Positions 39,794 through 51,715 of a stretch of 64,000 nt of DNA are shown here, piece by piece. The notes under the pieces were generated by a model. The model saw nothing but the letters and a program-made list of their open reading frames with translations. It made no database searches and was not told the DNA's origin. Origin of the DNA: Ancylonema sp. (taxonomy: Eukaryota); assembly GCA_050230475.1 (NCBI GenBank), contig JBFLGF010000075.1:1-64000 (forward strand), read 5' to 3'. How positions within the stretch are numbered: the first letter of the stretch is position 1; each line of letters opens with the position of its first letter. A program made the position numbers and the translations under genes.

Positions 39794-41959
39794 TCACCTT
39801 GCTGCTGCCTCTGTTTGCAGAGCCTCCACTTCCTCTTCCAGTCTCTGACATGCTTCGTCGATGTCCATATTCTTCACCACCAACTCCTTCCACTCGAACT
39901 CCAACTTGCTCAGCTGAGCCGCCACAGCAGCCTGCACGCATTAAAAACAGTGAGGCGACGGATACGAGCAGTGGTGAGCAGTGTGTGTGTGTGTGTGAAC
40001 TGCACATTATGGCGGTGTGCTTTTTGCGCTCTCATCTGAAGTTTGAAGCCATAGTGAGAGGGGGGGGTTAGCTGTGGGATGTTGGGGGCGTGCCAGCCCA
40101 CCTTATGGTGGATGACTTTCATTGAGAGGTGGGGATATATATTTCGTATACACATGGGAGCCAAGAGAGGGCCACGATAGGGCAATGTGGACAGAGTTCT
40201 GAGACTTTTGAATGCCAACCTACCCTTTTGGACAAGTATGTGATGTCGAAAGACAGATCTGATGAGAAAAACGATTCAATTTACAGTTTCTTTCAAGCAC
40301 TACTAGAGAAGAAATTGCTGTCTCTTGTCGCCAAAAAAATCTAACCTACTGATCTGTAGTGGGATCCATCATGCCAGTACCAAAAGCAGGGGGGGTCCCC
40401 GCATCAACAGGGGGCGAAACAAAACGCCACACCACCATACTACCCTCCTCATTCCCAGACCTGCCTCTTCCACATGCCCCCCCTGCCCAGCTTCAGAGTT
40501 CCGCTTCAGTGAGTGAGATGCGGTGTGTCAGTGAGCAGTGGGTGACGAGGATAGTGAGAAGTCACCTGACTCTGCTTCCTGTCCCTGTTCACAATCTCCA
40601 CTTTTTGCTTTATCTCCACCACAACAGCCCGTAACCTGACCCGACCAGGACAGCTGCTGTCAGCATCCCCCACATTACGGACCAGTAGCGTCACAGAGAC
40701 CATGCAGCATGCCACATGTGCAAATGTGGCGGGCGTGTGGTGAAAGAAGGTGGTGGGCAGGTAAGAAGGATGGCCAAAAATGGAAGAAGCTGGCAAGAAG
40801 GGGCAGATGGCGTTTGGCAGTGAGCATAGTTTTATGCACAAACAAACAAAACGTGTGCGGAAAACCGCACAATCGTGGTTTTTAACCGCGGTTAACCGCA
40901 CACTTCGAAAACCTTGCCTGGAATCAAAGGCCTCCAGGTGTTGATGGTGCAGTCGATGGGAACCAGCGGCGTATTGCAGCATGAGCTCCAAGTTTTCCAG
41001 CCTGCGTTGTGTTCAAAGGTGACAAATGAGGTGAGACTTGAATTGGGATGAGGAAGTTTGACAATTGCTGTCCTTCAGAACAGAGGTTTGGGCTAAAAGG
41101 GTGTAGAAAACATTGGTGGCACAAGCATTCAAACAATCGGCGCTCCACATCCGAGAAGAACAACTTGTTCAGGAAAAATGTGGGAGTTACATCCGGACTC
41201 ACTTCAAGGCCTGATGCTGCATCTGCGCCTGAGCATTTTCGACTGCTCGTTTCCAGGCCCGTGGATCGTCAGTGTGGTGAGAAGGAGGCTCTTCTAGTCT
41301 ATAACGCGCCATGTCCAGAGTCACTGGCGGTTTGCCTGCCCGGATTCGATCATATTCTTTCGACAGCATTGGACAGCTCTGAAAATGCACATAGCAGACT
41401 GCCTTCAATGCTCCAGATATGCATATCATGACAGCAGCCGAGTGTTCTAAGGGAATTGTAAGCACGATGTTGTTGCCACACACCCTCCCATCCTCTACAA
41501 AGCCACATATTTCTGGCTCCCGAATCCTCGAAAAAAAAATGATATAAATGCAGAACATTGGCTGTCAGAACACAGCTTACATGCGTGCGATCCCATAAGG
41601 AGTGGACTCAGAAAAACCTGTACCTACTACCTCCATTTGAGTCCATTGCAAAGCTGTTCGTACTGTCACCGAAAGAAGCTTCTAAAGCACCCAATCATCA
41701 TACTCTATAGAAGCCCCATGCGTACCGCAAAGTTTGCGACAGGTGCCACCGGTAGATCAGCTAAGAAACTCGCCGGCTTCTTCACACTCCTTTTCATCTC
41801 TTCCTGTATCAGCCTTTGCACTTCGTCCTTATACTGGGGGTCTTCATACTCTTTATCGAAGTAGGGCAGGGCATCTATCAGCTCCTCGGCTCTTCTATTC
41901 CGCCAGCTTCCCTTCTCCGCCCCGGGTCCCTCAAGCGTCAAAAGCTTCACCGACGACAT
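39794..41959 (-). CDS. SPF27: Pre-mRNA splicing factor SPF27/BCAS2 (plant MOS4), 5 exons
   Basis: Exons 41959-41726, 41378-41203, ~41000-40918, 40635-~40566, ~39931-39794. Motifs IDALPYFDKEY, EYDRIRAGKP, LDMARY, LENLELML, VNRDRK, EWKELVVKNMDI. Confidence 0.9.
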
Positions 41960-43910
41960 TATCACGAATTGAGTCCCTCTCAGCCCACCACCCAATTCCA
42001 AACAGCACTCAGTTTTACAGTAGAAGCATACCTGTTTCTAACCTAAGCAAGGAAATGCTAAGGCGTATCTCGCTGACATTATTCCTGCTTCTGATCGCTA
42101 CTGTACAATGGAAGCCATACGTCCTTCGCAAAGTATTCTGATGTCTGACATGATGAGGCACTACCGGGTTTAACGGGGTTTGAGCGGTGTCAGCCTGTCA
42201 TGAATTGTGGTCAACGTTGCAGATATACCGTCATTCGGGTGTTGACCCCGTTCATACGAAGCCCATAATTTCGCACGTGTCATTCTTATTAACGTTAACG
42301 GATATGAGATTTGAATATGAATGGCCCTGAAATGCAGGCAAGACATGCGCACCAAGACGGACCCTGCCGGCAGGGTCGGACGAACCCGGGTCCGTTGTAC
42401 GTGTGTATATGAGTAATCTGTTGCCCACGGGGTCTGCCATTAGGCTGATTTCCATAATTTCACAATGCTCCGGAGTGACATTTCAAATTTACGCTAAAGC
42501 TCCCTGCTCGTTGTGATATAATGACGTGCACAACCCGAAACCTAGAAAGACACGTTACTATTTGGCACGTGTAAGCTAACCCGTGGTTCATGTGTAAGGT
42601 TTTAAACATCTGAATCAATACTACGAGAAAAACCTTGTAATTGAGGTGATCCCGATTCGGAACCGTTATCATGTCATATAAGAGTTGTAATTTGCTCCTA
42701 AAAAACGGAAGACGACGCGGGGGTTCCGTGATGCTACCTTAATATTCACGAAAAACGCACGGTAAGGTGAAACGTGAATGCAACGTTCACAACCCTTGTG
42801 GCGATTGGCACTTTTGAATTTATGTCAATCACATATTGATATGTTTACGAGAGTGTGGCCGGCTTAAGCCACTATAAGTTTCCTCAACCATGTCGTTGTG
42901 CAAGTCGAGGATCATTTCGGTAGCAACTTGCACCCCTTGTTGTAAGCGAGGAAGGCATTGCATGTGCAGACTCATGTTTGTACAAACGGACAATCTTCAT
43001 TCTTCCCGTTGTGGAATACCGGTTCACGTGGTGAAACGACGTCTCACTATGCAAGTTCGTGCTATGTCTTTAAGCACCAAACGTCGTCTATCCCTTCCCT
43101 TCACCCCCACCCACTAAGGCGCCCCCTCACACGAAAAATCCCCTTCGCAAACATAGGAGCTCTACAAAAGTATCCCGCAAAAACCATTTGGCCGCAAGGG
43201 CACAAACTGCTCATGACAACCAAGGATGCCTTGCAAAGTTTGGGATATTTTTCGAGTGGATGCTAGAGAATCCACAACCTCTTTTGCCTTTCTCATCTCT
43301 GACTTGCAGCTTGCGCCACGATGGTGTCGATATCGATACTCCCAAGAAGCTCATGAAAAAAAAATGAAAAATTATCGGCGATTTTTTAGTATAAAAGAAA
43401 ACGCAAAAAAAATTCGTTATCACGGATATTGCTCGTTGTAATGCTTGTTTTTTTTAGGTCCTCATGCCCCATGAAGGCGTATCTCGTGTCCGATACGTAA
43501 CGTATATAGGGGCGATACGAAACATGCCGTATCAGGACCCCGATACCACGCAAATCGCTGTATTGGGCCGTAATATATCGAAAACGTATCCGATGCAGCT
43601 ATGTGAGAAAAAATACTCGCACGTTTACGCCCATATTGGTGCGCAACAACTACATTTTCGTAAGGTACATGAATGTATTTTTCTTGCTAGTTGATGACCC
43701 CCTTTTCAGAAAATCTTAAATGTATAAGGCTACCAATCATAGATACAGCAAGCGTGCGAAATGTACATCTCTAATAACGAATTGGTATGAGAGGAAAGTT
43801 CGTGAACATGGGTAGACCGCATGCAGCTTAAGAAACAAAGTCATGGTTTTAAAAGAGTCGGTTGTTACACAAAAAAACAAGCCAAGTAAATGATTGGCGA
43901 AATAACCTTG

Positions 43911-46900
43911 TCAAATAATTATACTAGATGCCGGTGCCGATGCTGCCTCAAAATGGGCAAGGTCCACTGTAGCTCCAAATAAATTCGCAAAATAGTTCTT
44001 TGGCTCTACAACAAACTTGTCGATGATATCTCGTAGCGTCACCACACCAAAGACCTGCTCTTCATCGATTACAACAAAAATTCGGTGTATCCGTGCCGTA
44101 CATAAGCGCCCAATCACGGATTTCAAAGTCTCCGTCTTTTGACACACGAGTGGGGGAGACATGCATGGCGACTTCTCATCCTCCGAATCTGTTTTTGGTA
44201 TCGAAGACGCAGCAGCCATGAATTGCTTCACGTTGAGACCGCTGAAGGGGAAAAAGAGGGTACGAATTTAATCGCTGTCCAATGCAGAAAATACCCCTCT
44301 AAAGTGATACAAAATTATAGTCTGAGGTTGGTAGAGAGGAATGGCATCTAGTGGGGAAATAGACAGGCACTCCAGAATTGCATCATCTTCTTACCATTAT
44401 ACACATACAACAGCCCATACACTACAGGAAAAATTACACCCAAAATCAAACCCACCAATATTTTCTGCCAATCCTTTCCTTCCAGCCCATAACACCGTTT
44501 CAGATTATTATTTTTTTTTGAAATATTTTTATCGATTCCTTAATTTTATTTCCCCACCTCCCCCCTCCTGGCTGTGCCCACTCACCTCTTTTTGGGAAAT
44601 CGATCGGTCATGTTCAACAGAATGCACACGTCTCTTGCGCTGATATTCCCCACCACCTTCCCGCTGCCCCCCTCCACCACCGCCACCCCCCCCACCCGGT
44701 GCCGTGCCATGGCCTGGAATGGGGCAAGCACCGCAGCATCCTCCTCCACCTAACCAGGCACCACAAGCATGTCAATATGCTGACGTGGCAGGGCGAGGCG
44801 CAACGGACAGGTCAGCGTGGAGCCCCGGCCGTGACATTCGTTCAGTCATTGTTCACTACCGGAGATTCGAAGAGACACCCTCTACTCTAATTTCTCATTT
44901 TTCAACCACTGATGGACGAAATAGTGGTGTAAAGAATGGCAGACCATCCTTCCTCTAGACTGATAACTGCCTTCCAACGTCAACCCTACAGCCTCTGGAC
45001 AGCATTGTGTGCAGTTACCCCCACACCCACCCACAACCATTTCTCTTCTCCCCATCCCATCTCCCCTTACCTACCCTTACCCCTCTCTTCTGTCCCCTTA
45101 CCTACCACCCCCTTTCTTCTGACTCTGCCACCTTAAAAAAACCAAGAAGTTTCCAGGTTCCTTCCCCACCTTGATGACATCCTCTGGCTTCATGCTCGGC
45201 AGCCCCAGCTGGTCCAGCCTCTTATCCGCCACGCGGTCGAACCACTCCATCCCCCCACACCCCCTCAGCACCTCCACCACTGAGGCCTGCGTCAGAATGT
45301 TCACAACCGCTGGCTGCCCCGACACGACCACAGGAACGTTCTTGAGGCGGTAGCGGGCGAGGAGGAGGAGGAGGGTGAGGAGGGAGTCGTCCGGTTGGAC
45401 GGGGAGGAAGGGACCCCACCGGAAGTGACCGACGATGTCCGACACCTGGCGGCACCAGGACACGCCAGCAGATCAGATTCTGGCAGTCGGATTCTTCCCT
45501 ACTAAGAAAGAGAGTTTTTTGTGCGAAATATTTGCAAACCAGGCGTTTCTCTGATATAACCATCCATTTCAGAGCCTGTGCAATACTGTGATGATGTCAT
45601 TATTATTCTTGTTGTTATTATTGTAATTATTGTTGTTATTATTATTAATATTAGTATTGATATTACGATGAGTAATATTATTACTATGAGAGTATTGCAC
45701 AGGCTCTATTATAATATTTGCCTGCCATATCTGCCCAGCCTCATCATTGGGAGAACCGGGACACCAAAAAGAATGGCACCTTCTGCTCCTTCACAATGTT
45801 GGATTTCTTCACACTCTCAAAAAAGTCTCCTCCCAAAACCCAAAAAGTCGGTCAACGCCAGCCCCGACTTCCCCGGCCCAGTCACCATGGCACCCCCTCC
45901 CAGCACAGCCCCCGCAGCAGCCCCCGCAAGGATCCCAACTGCTGCAAGGCCACCTGTGGCCCCAGTCGCCAGAATGCCAAGCCCAGCTGCAGCACTGCCT
46001 GCCAGGGTGCCAGCTGCCGTGGCGCTGACACTCACTCCTGCTGCTGCAACCTCGGACTGCCAGTTGGAGGTAGCAGGTGGGGAGGAGGGAGATGAGGTTG
46101 AGCTTGTCATGATCTTGTCGGTGGTTGGTTGAAGCTTAGGATGGATGATGCATTGCCACGTTTCATTACGCTTCAACACATTTTGGATTCATTTCTGTAA
46201 GTTTCATTTTCAAGAGTTTTAGGGTAACAGGTGAACAGGCCGAGATGAATGAGCACAAGTGTTTCAAAACTGTCAAAGTTGACCAATCTAGAAGTTGAGA
46301 ATATCCTTCCCGCTTGAACATTCTATGTACTCGATCTGGCAAACATCTTCAAGTGAGCTTAGCTAAAACAAGAGAAAAAGAAAAAGATTTAAAAATAAAA
46401 TAAAAAAATCAGAGGTCTGGTGGCAACGATTCATCCTCATATTTACTTTCCCCTCTGACCTGCTTACCATTCCTAGCACATAGAGCACAATACTGGTCAT
46501 GTCCACCACCCCTTGGTACTTGTCATACCAGCCGGCGTCCGCAGGTGCCTTGGCATTGCGGACGGGTGCGGACAGGATGCGGTGGTCAGTGAGGAGTTTG
46601 ATAGCGCTCTCGATGCTGTCATCAGACGAAATCTCGAGCACTGCGACACGGAGGCAAAATATGGAGAGGATAAGAGGTGAGGAGGAGAGGAGGAGAGGAG
46701 GAGAGGAGGAGAGGAGGAGAGGAGGAGAGGAGGAGAGGAGGAGAGGAGGAGAGGAGGAGAGGAGGAGAGGAGGAGAGGAGGAGAGGAGGAGAGGAGGAGA
46801 GGAGGAGAGGAGGGGAGTGTTTCATGTTGTTGGAGTCAAGAGAACAAGAACCACGTTGTCATGCAGAGTACTCAATTTGTGACGTAATCGTCAATCTGAG

Positions 46901-47413
46901 ACTACGAGGCAGGTCAGCAAGGTGAATGGGCCTTTCCTGCCTGAGCGGAGCGTATGCACCCATGCATATATCTGTATAGCGTCGTAGGAATAGCCGACTT
47001 TATCAAAGGATATGCAAATGTTAGGTGGTCAGTTCTATTTTTGCTGACAGGAGTATCGGGCATCAAATGATTAAAGCCAAAAAAAAAATCTTACCTTAGT
47101 TGAACACATTGTCACCTTCAACCAAATATATGCTGGGAGCATCAAAGAATCACGAGGTCAATAACGCTTCACATGTGGGCCAACCTTTAGGCACTTGCGG
47201 CAGTAATGAAACAGGAAGCCTCTCAAACGCCCAATTAAGAGCATCCTGATCCCGCGAGGCATCAGAGGCTAAAGTTCGCCCCTCCGCCAACGTCTGGCTT
47301 TCCTGTTCCTTGCGTTCCCAAAGCTGCTGAATTTTTTCCTTTAAAGTGAGGGAGCCAGTTTGGTCACTTGCGACTAACCCCATAGCTTCCGAATTTGCAG
47401 TAAGTTCTGCCAT
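43911..47413 (-). CDS. CBS-domain protein, SNF1-related kinase regulatory gamma-1-like; frameshifted in this sequence
   Basis: Exons 47413-~47187 (donor uncertain), 46640-46468, 46056-45780, 45445-45170, 44749-44586, 44241-43911. Motifs ILSAPV, an Ala/Gly-rich insert, FRWGPFLPV, GNISARD, IHRIFVV..GVVTLRDII. A CCCAAAA duplication at 45832-45845 breaks the frame. Confidence 0.85.
46678..46812. repeat. (GGAGAGGA)n octamer array in CBS gene intron 1
   Basis: Directly visible. Confidence 0.95.
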
Positions 47414-48589
47414 GTCCTGATTTCTACGCAGTGCGAAAGCGGAAGCGGTGACCTTTTTTATTCTAGCGTTGAGTGAAAACGGGAGCAGGAGTGTGGCAAA
47501 ATACAAAACTGATATGTGACCTGAGTCTACGATCCTTTCTCCCTGCCGTACACTATGCTCTACACTGAGCGCCTTTATAAGTGTTCAATTTCTCTGCTGC
47601 ACTCCTCTCCTTGCCGGCAGGCAAAAACAGCCTTTCTTACCGTGGGTGGAATTCGAGGTCTGAATCTGCCAGCACTGACTACGCGCTGTCAGCCGACGAG
47701 GAGGCTTTCCGATCTCGACCGCAGAAGCATTTGACACGTAGCAGCTCTTTTGTCAACATGTGATATATTTGTACGGAGTGGAGATGGGTTTCGACCGCCC
47801 CCGATCGCCAATTCGGTTAGCCGGTAAGCCGAACAACGTGAAACGTGCGTTGATTATAACCGAACGACGGCGTGGTTTAGCCGGTCAATCTGCCGGTGAA
47901 CCTGTTCGTGGAAGCGGTCAGACTCGACCAACTCACTGCTTTCTCTCTGCTCGCCTATCGTGGACCGCAGGCGTGAGATTGCCGAGCTCCGACGAATAGG
48001 CATCTTGTTCGAATGTCTTTCTGTCCCGCAACCCTTGTCTGGGTAGTCATGCAATCTTTTAAGCATATATCAGGGGGATGTTCATATGGCAGAGGCCATG
48101 GGCGGTCTCTCCTAAGTCTCCACTTATGTCTATCAAAGGTAAAGGGGCACCTTCCCTCCAGCCTCTTGTGGATGCTAGCACTCACTGTGACATTCATCTT
48201 TCTTGTAACGAATTGGATTGCCTCGGCGTACTAAAAATGGAGAAGGATTGTCTTTCAGCAGCTGAGAAAGCGTTAATAGTGCATTCACTATTATACAGGA
48301 ATGTCAAGAGAATGTGGGCACTTCGTGGAAACCGCTAGATTGTGTAGGAGAAGCAATGGATACCGTGGCGAAATTTAAATTTAATTATGAGATTCATTTC
48401 AACCCTTTTTGCAATGCAACGACCGTTGAAGTAAATATCTCACACATGATTTCGCCACGATATCTTTCGTTCGTTTCGTAAACAACTTGCAATTTTTGCA
48501 TGGTATTGACATTCTATTGCCACTTCCCTTGAGTGATCTATATGCAACGCTGCTATTTTCTCAATTGCGGAAAGACAATCTTTTTCCAC

Positions 48590-50100
48590 ATTTTTTGGAG
48601 GGAGGAGTGGGGGTAATCCAGATCCTGGAGGAGTTGGACCCAGTCAAAGGCGTGGCTATTAAGAAAACTGGCGGCATACAAGACCTGGGAGTAGGGAGTA
48701 GGAAACCTGATCGGATTGGCGTTTATGACCGTCCGGACCTAGGTAGAAAAAGATGGTAGTTTATCTTTCTTTCCATCGAACGCCTAAATGATCCAGAACC
48801 GTTCGAGGGAAAGAACCCTTTTCTGGATGGTCATAAACGCCTATCCGGCTAGGTTTCCTACTCCTTACTCCTAGGTCTTGTATGTCGCCAAAAAAATTCG
48901 TAGCCACGCCTTTGACTGGGTCCAACCACACATGGATTTGGATGCCCCCCACCCCACCCTCCAAACCTTCTCAACCGGAACTCCACTCCCTTTTTGGGGA
49001 CACGAACCCTCAACCTTTGTTGGAATGTGCCTTGCGAGGCCTCATCCAAACTGGTTTCATTGACAACGTACACCATTTATTTCATCAGCTCACAAATCTG
49101 TTTGGCAGGCCGAATTCATCCCTTATTTTTAATTACCACGAAAGCCTCAAACTAGCAATCAAAGAAGGGCTCTCTCGTGACTTCAAACCTACAACGTTCG
49201 TTGCCTACGGAGCGCTCGCTATGGAAAAAGACAATCGCTTGCACGATCACCAGCTTGAACTCTCGGTTGGCTCTTGTTCCAGATCTCCACCTTACCAGTC
49301 CCCTAGCCTAGCTCTTTTCCCCTCCTTGCCCAGTCCTTATCCCAACAAAAACCCACACCGATGGAAGTCGATGGAACTTGACGCCGCACCTTCCCCCCAA
49401 GTCGAACGAACGCAAGCAAGGCCTCACTAAAAACTTATGCCTCTACCACAGCAAGGCGGGCCACAACCTTCTCACTTGCTCAACGTGCAAGCTACGCCAC
49501 GTCCGTTTTGCTTCCATTTTTGACAACCCAAAAAATACCACCTACAATCTAGCCTAGGAGGCACTTGGTTGGGTGCCATTTCCTTGTCTCCCCCTCCGTT
49601 TCCCAGTCCCCCCTTACCCCTCCACTTTACCTTTCCTGTCTAACTTCTGCACCCCCTTTTTCCTCCCATACTTTTCCTGGCACTCGTTGATTCTGGCACG
49701 TTTGCTTTCTTCTTTGACCCTCATTTCCTCAAAAAACATAATGTGTTTTTTCAATCCCACCCTCATCCCATTCCCCTTAAGCTGATCGACGGGAGTGTCC
49801 CGTCTACTAGCCCTATCACGTACTACTACCAAGCCATCCTTCGCCCCCCCGTCTTCTACACTAAACAACTCACCTCGGATGTCACTACACTTGTTCACTT
49901 TCCGCTGGTCCTTGGCATTACATGGCTACACCACCACAACCTTGCCATTGACAAGTCGGCCGGCCAGCTCACCTTCGCTTCGCCCTTTTGCGAAGCCACA
50001 TTCTTTCCCCACCCCCCCTCTACTCTCCCCCTCCCTGCCCTCCTTTCCGTTCCCACACTTGCTCCCTTCCCCCTCCCATCACCCAAACTATAGACTACAG
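48590..50100 (+). mobile_element. Degenerate Ty3/gypsy gag-protease remnant with an inverted partial gag copy
   Basis: Gag SHAFDWVQ, MELDA, zinc-knuckle-like CLYHSKAGHNLLTC, protease ALVDSG, LVLGITWL. 48590-48735 is the reverse complement of 48825-48965. Confidence 0.7.
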
Positions 50101-50355
50101 CCACCGTTCCCCCCACACCCCCCCCTCCCGTCGATCGTGACCTTCTCAAATAATAGATATAGGCTTTAAATGCGCTCTCACACAAGGTCTAAATAGTGCT
50201 CCGAGGCAACAAACTAAACGTTACGAAAAAAACTATGATGCGAGTGAACTAATGCCAAGAACCCGATCATAATTATAAACAATTCTTTCCAATACAAAAT
50301 TATAATGCACAATTCCTTTTAAATCATAGTACAAAAGAAAAAAAAATCGTATCCA

Positions 50356-50459
50356 ACATTGTGCGCAACCCCCACCACGTGGGGTCGGGGGTTGGTTGAA
50401 CCCCCCAACTCTTTTGCAAACCTCCTTACCCCCAGGTTAGGTGTTGCGCACAATGGTAG
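50356..50459. mobile_element. Small TIR element
   Basis: Perfect 13-bp inverted repeat CATTGTGCGCAAC/GTTGCGCACAATG, flanked by the 9-bp direct repeat TCGTATCCA (50347-50355, 50460-50468). Confidence 0.45.
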
Positions 50460-51715
50460 TCGTATCCATTCCACAAATATGTCCACCGAACTCCAATCGG
50501 ATCAAGGCCTCTAACTCAAGGGGTTTTTTGGCCGGCCGGGATTGATTGGTATCATAGTCACAAGATACGACACTGGGACCGTTTGACATGTTGTATCCGA
50601 TACGAAGATATTGCGATACCTCTCGTTATTTCGTGATTTTTTGAGTTTGCCACAATACAGAGATCGATGTCCGATACTTATATCAGTCGACCTAGCTTGT
50701 GTCCCATTCTCAAGGGGGGAAAAAATGGCTGCCACATGATTTGGTATCACTTAACAAAAAAAATATGTTGCAATGATAATGTTTATTCGATAAACAACAT
50801 CCGTTATGACGATATGTGATATCAATATTTTCTTTGTTTTTTATTTTGATGTTTTAGCCTCATTTACAGAAGTTAGTCAGCGAATACAGTGCTGTATCGG
50901 CCCAACACGATACATGCTATATCCGAAACCCCAATACGGAGCAGATATCGGCGATATGCCGTATTGTATTGGAAATATGTTTGAGCACAACATGCAGATT
51001 GTGCCACTATGGTCGGATTCCACCAAAAAATCACCTCTGAGAAGTTTGGACTAGTTGGGCGCGATGGCAGGATGTGGTCGGAGAAAAAAACGATTGAGAC
51101 ACAACCTTTGACCTTGTACAGACAGACAGACCAAGACACAATCATGGTTGCTCCACAGATGCATATTAGTTTCCACCCCTGCTTTTATGCATCCAATTTC
51201 ATAACTGATGCAACAATTGTGGCCGAGTACCAAGCAGCGGTGGGGGTTTCAGCTTACACCTTGTCGTTATATGAGATCTTGTCTTTTTTACTTTTGAAGA
51301 GGCTTGTCTTAAAAAATGACTCATGGGACAAGCCCAAGCCCCACTCCAACTCTTCTTCGTGCTCATCCCCCCATCCCCACATCCCCCATCCCCCATCCCG
51401 GTCGTATCAAAGGCCATGATGTAGAGATGCGGCACACAAGTGATACAATGATCGCCCATTTTCTCCAAATGATATCCGAAATCGTTCACACCACCCCTAA
51501 TATTCGTCCACCCCAATATTAACCGATTATTGACCGATTAAACTAGACAATGGTGTGACTTTTCCTTCACGTAGGCGCTCAAGTACACGCATGTTGTCGG
51601 GGCAAGAACCTGTGAGTGCAACTACTCACTCGAGGTATTTTGCCAACATCGTATGCTATTTGCCAGTTTTGACGGCTTCTGTTGCCACAACAAGCCCTTT
51701 CGCGTGTATTCACTC

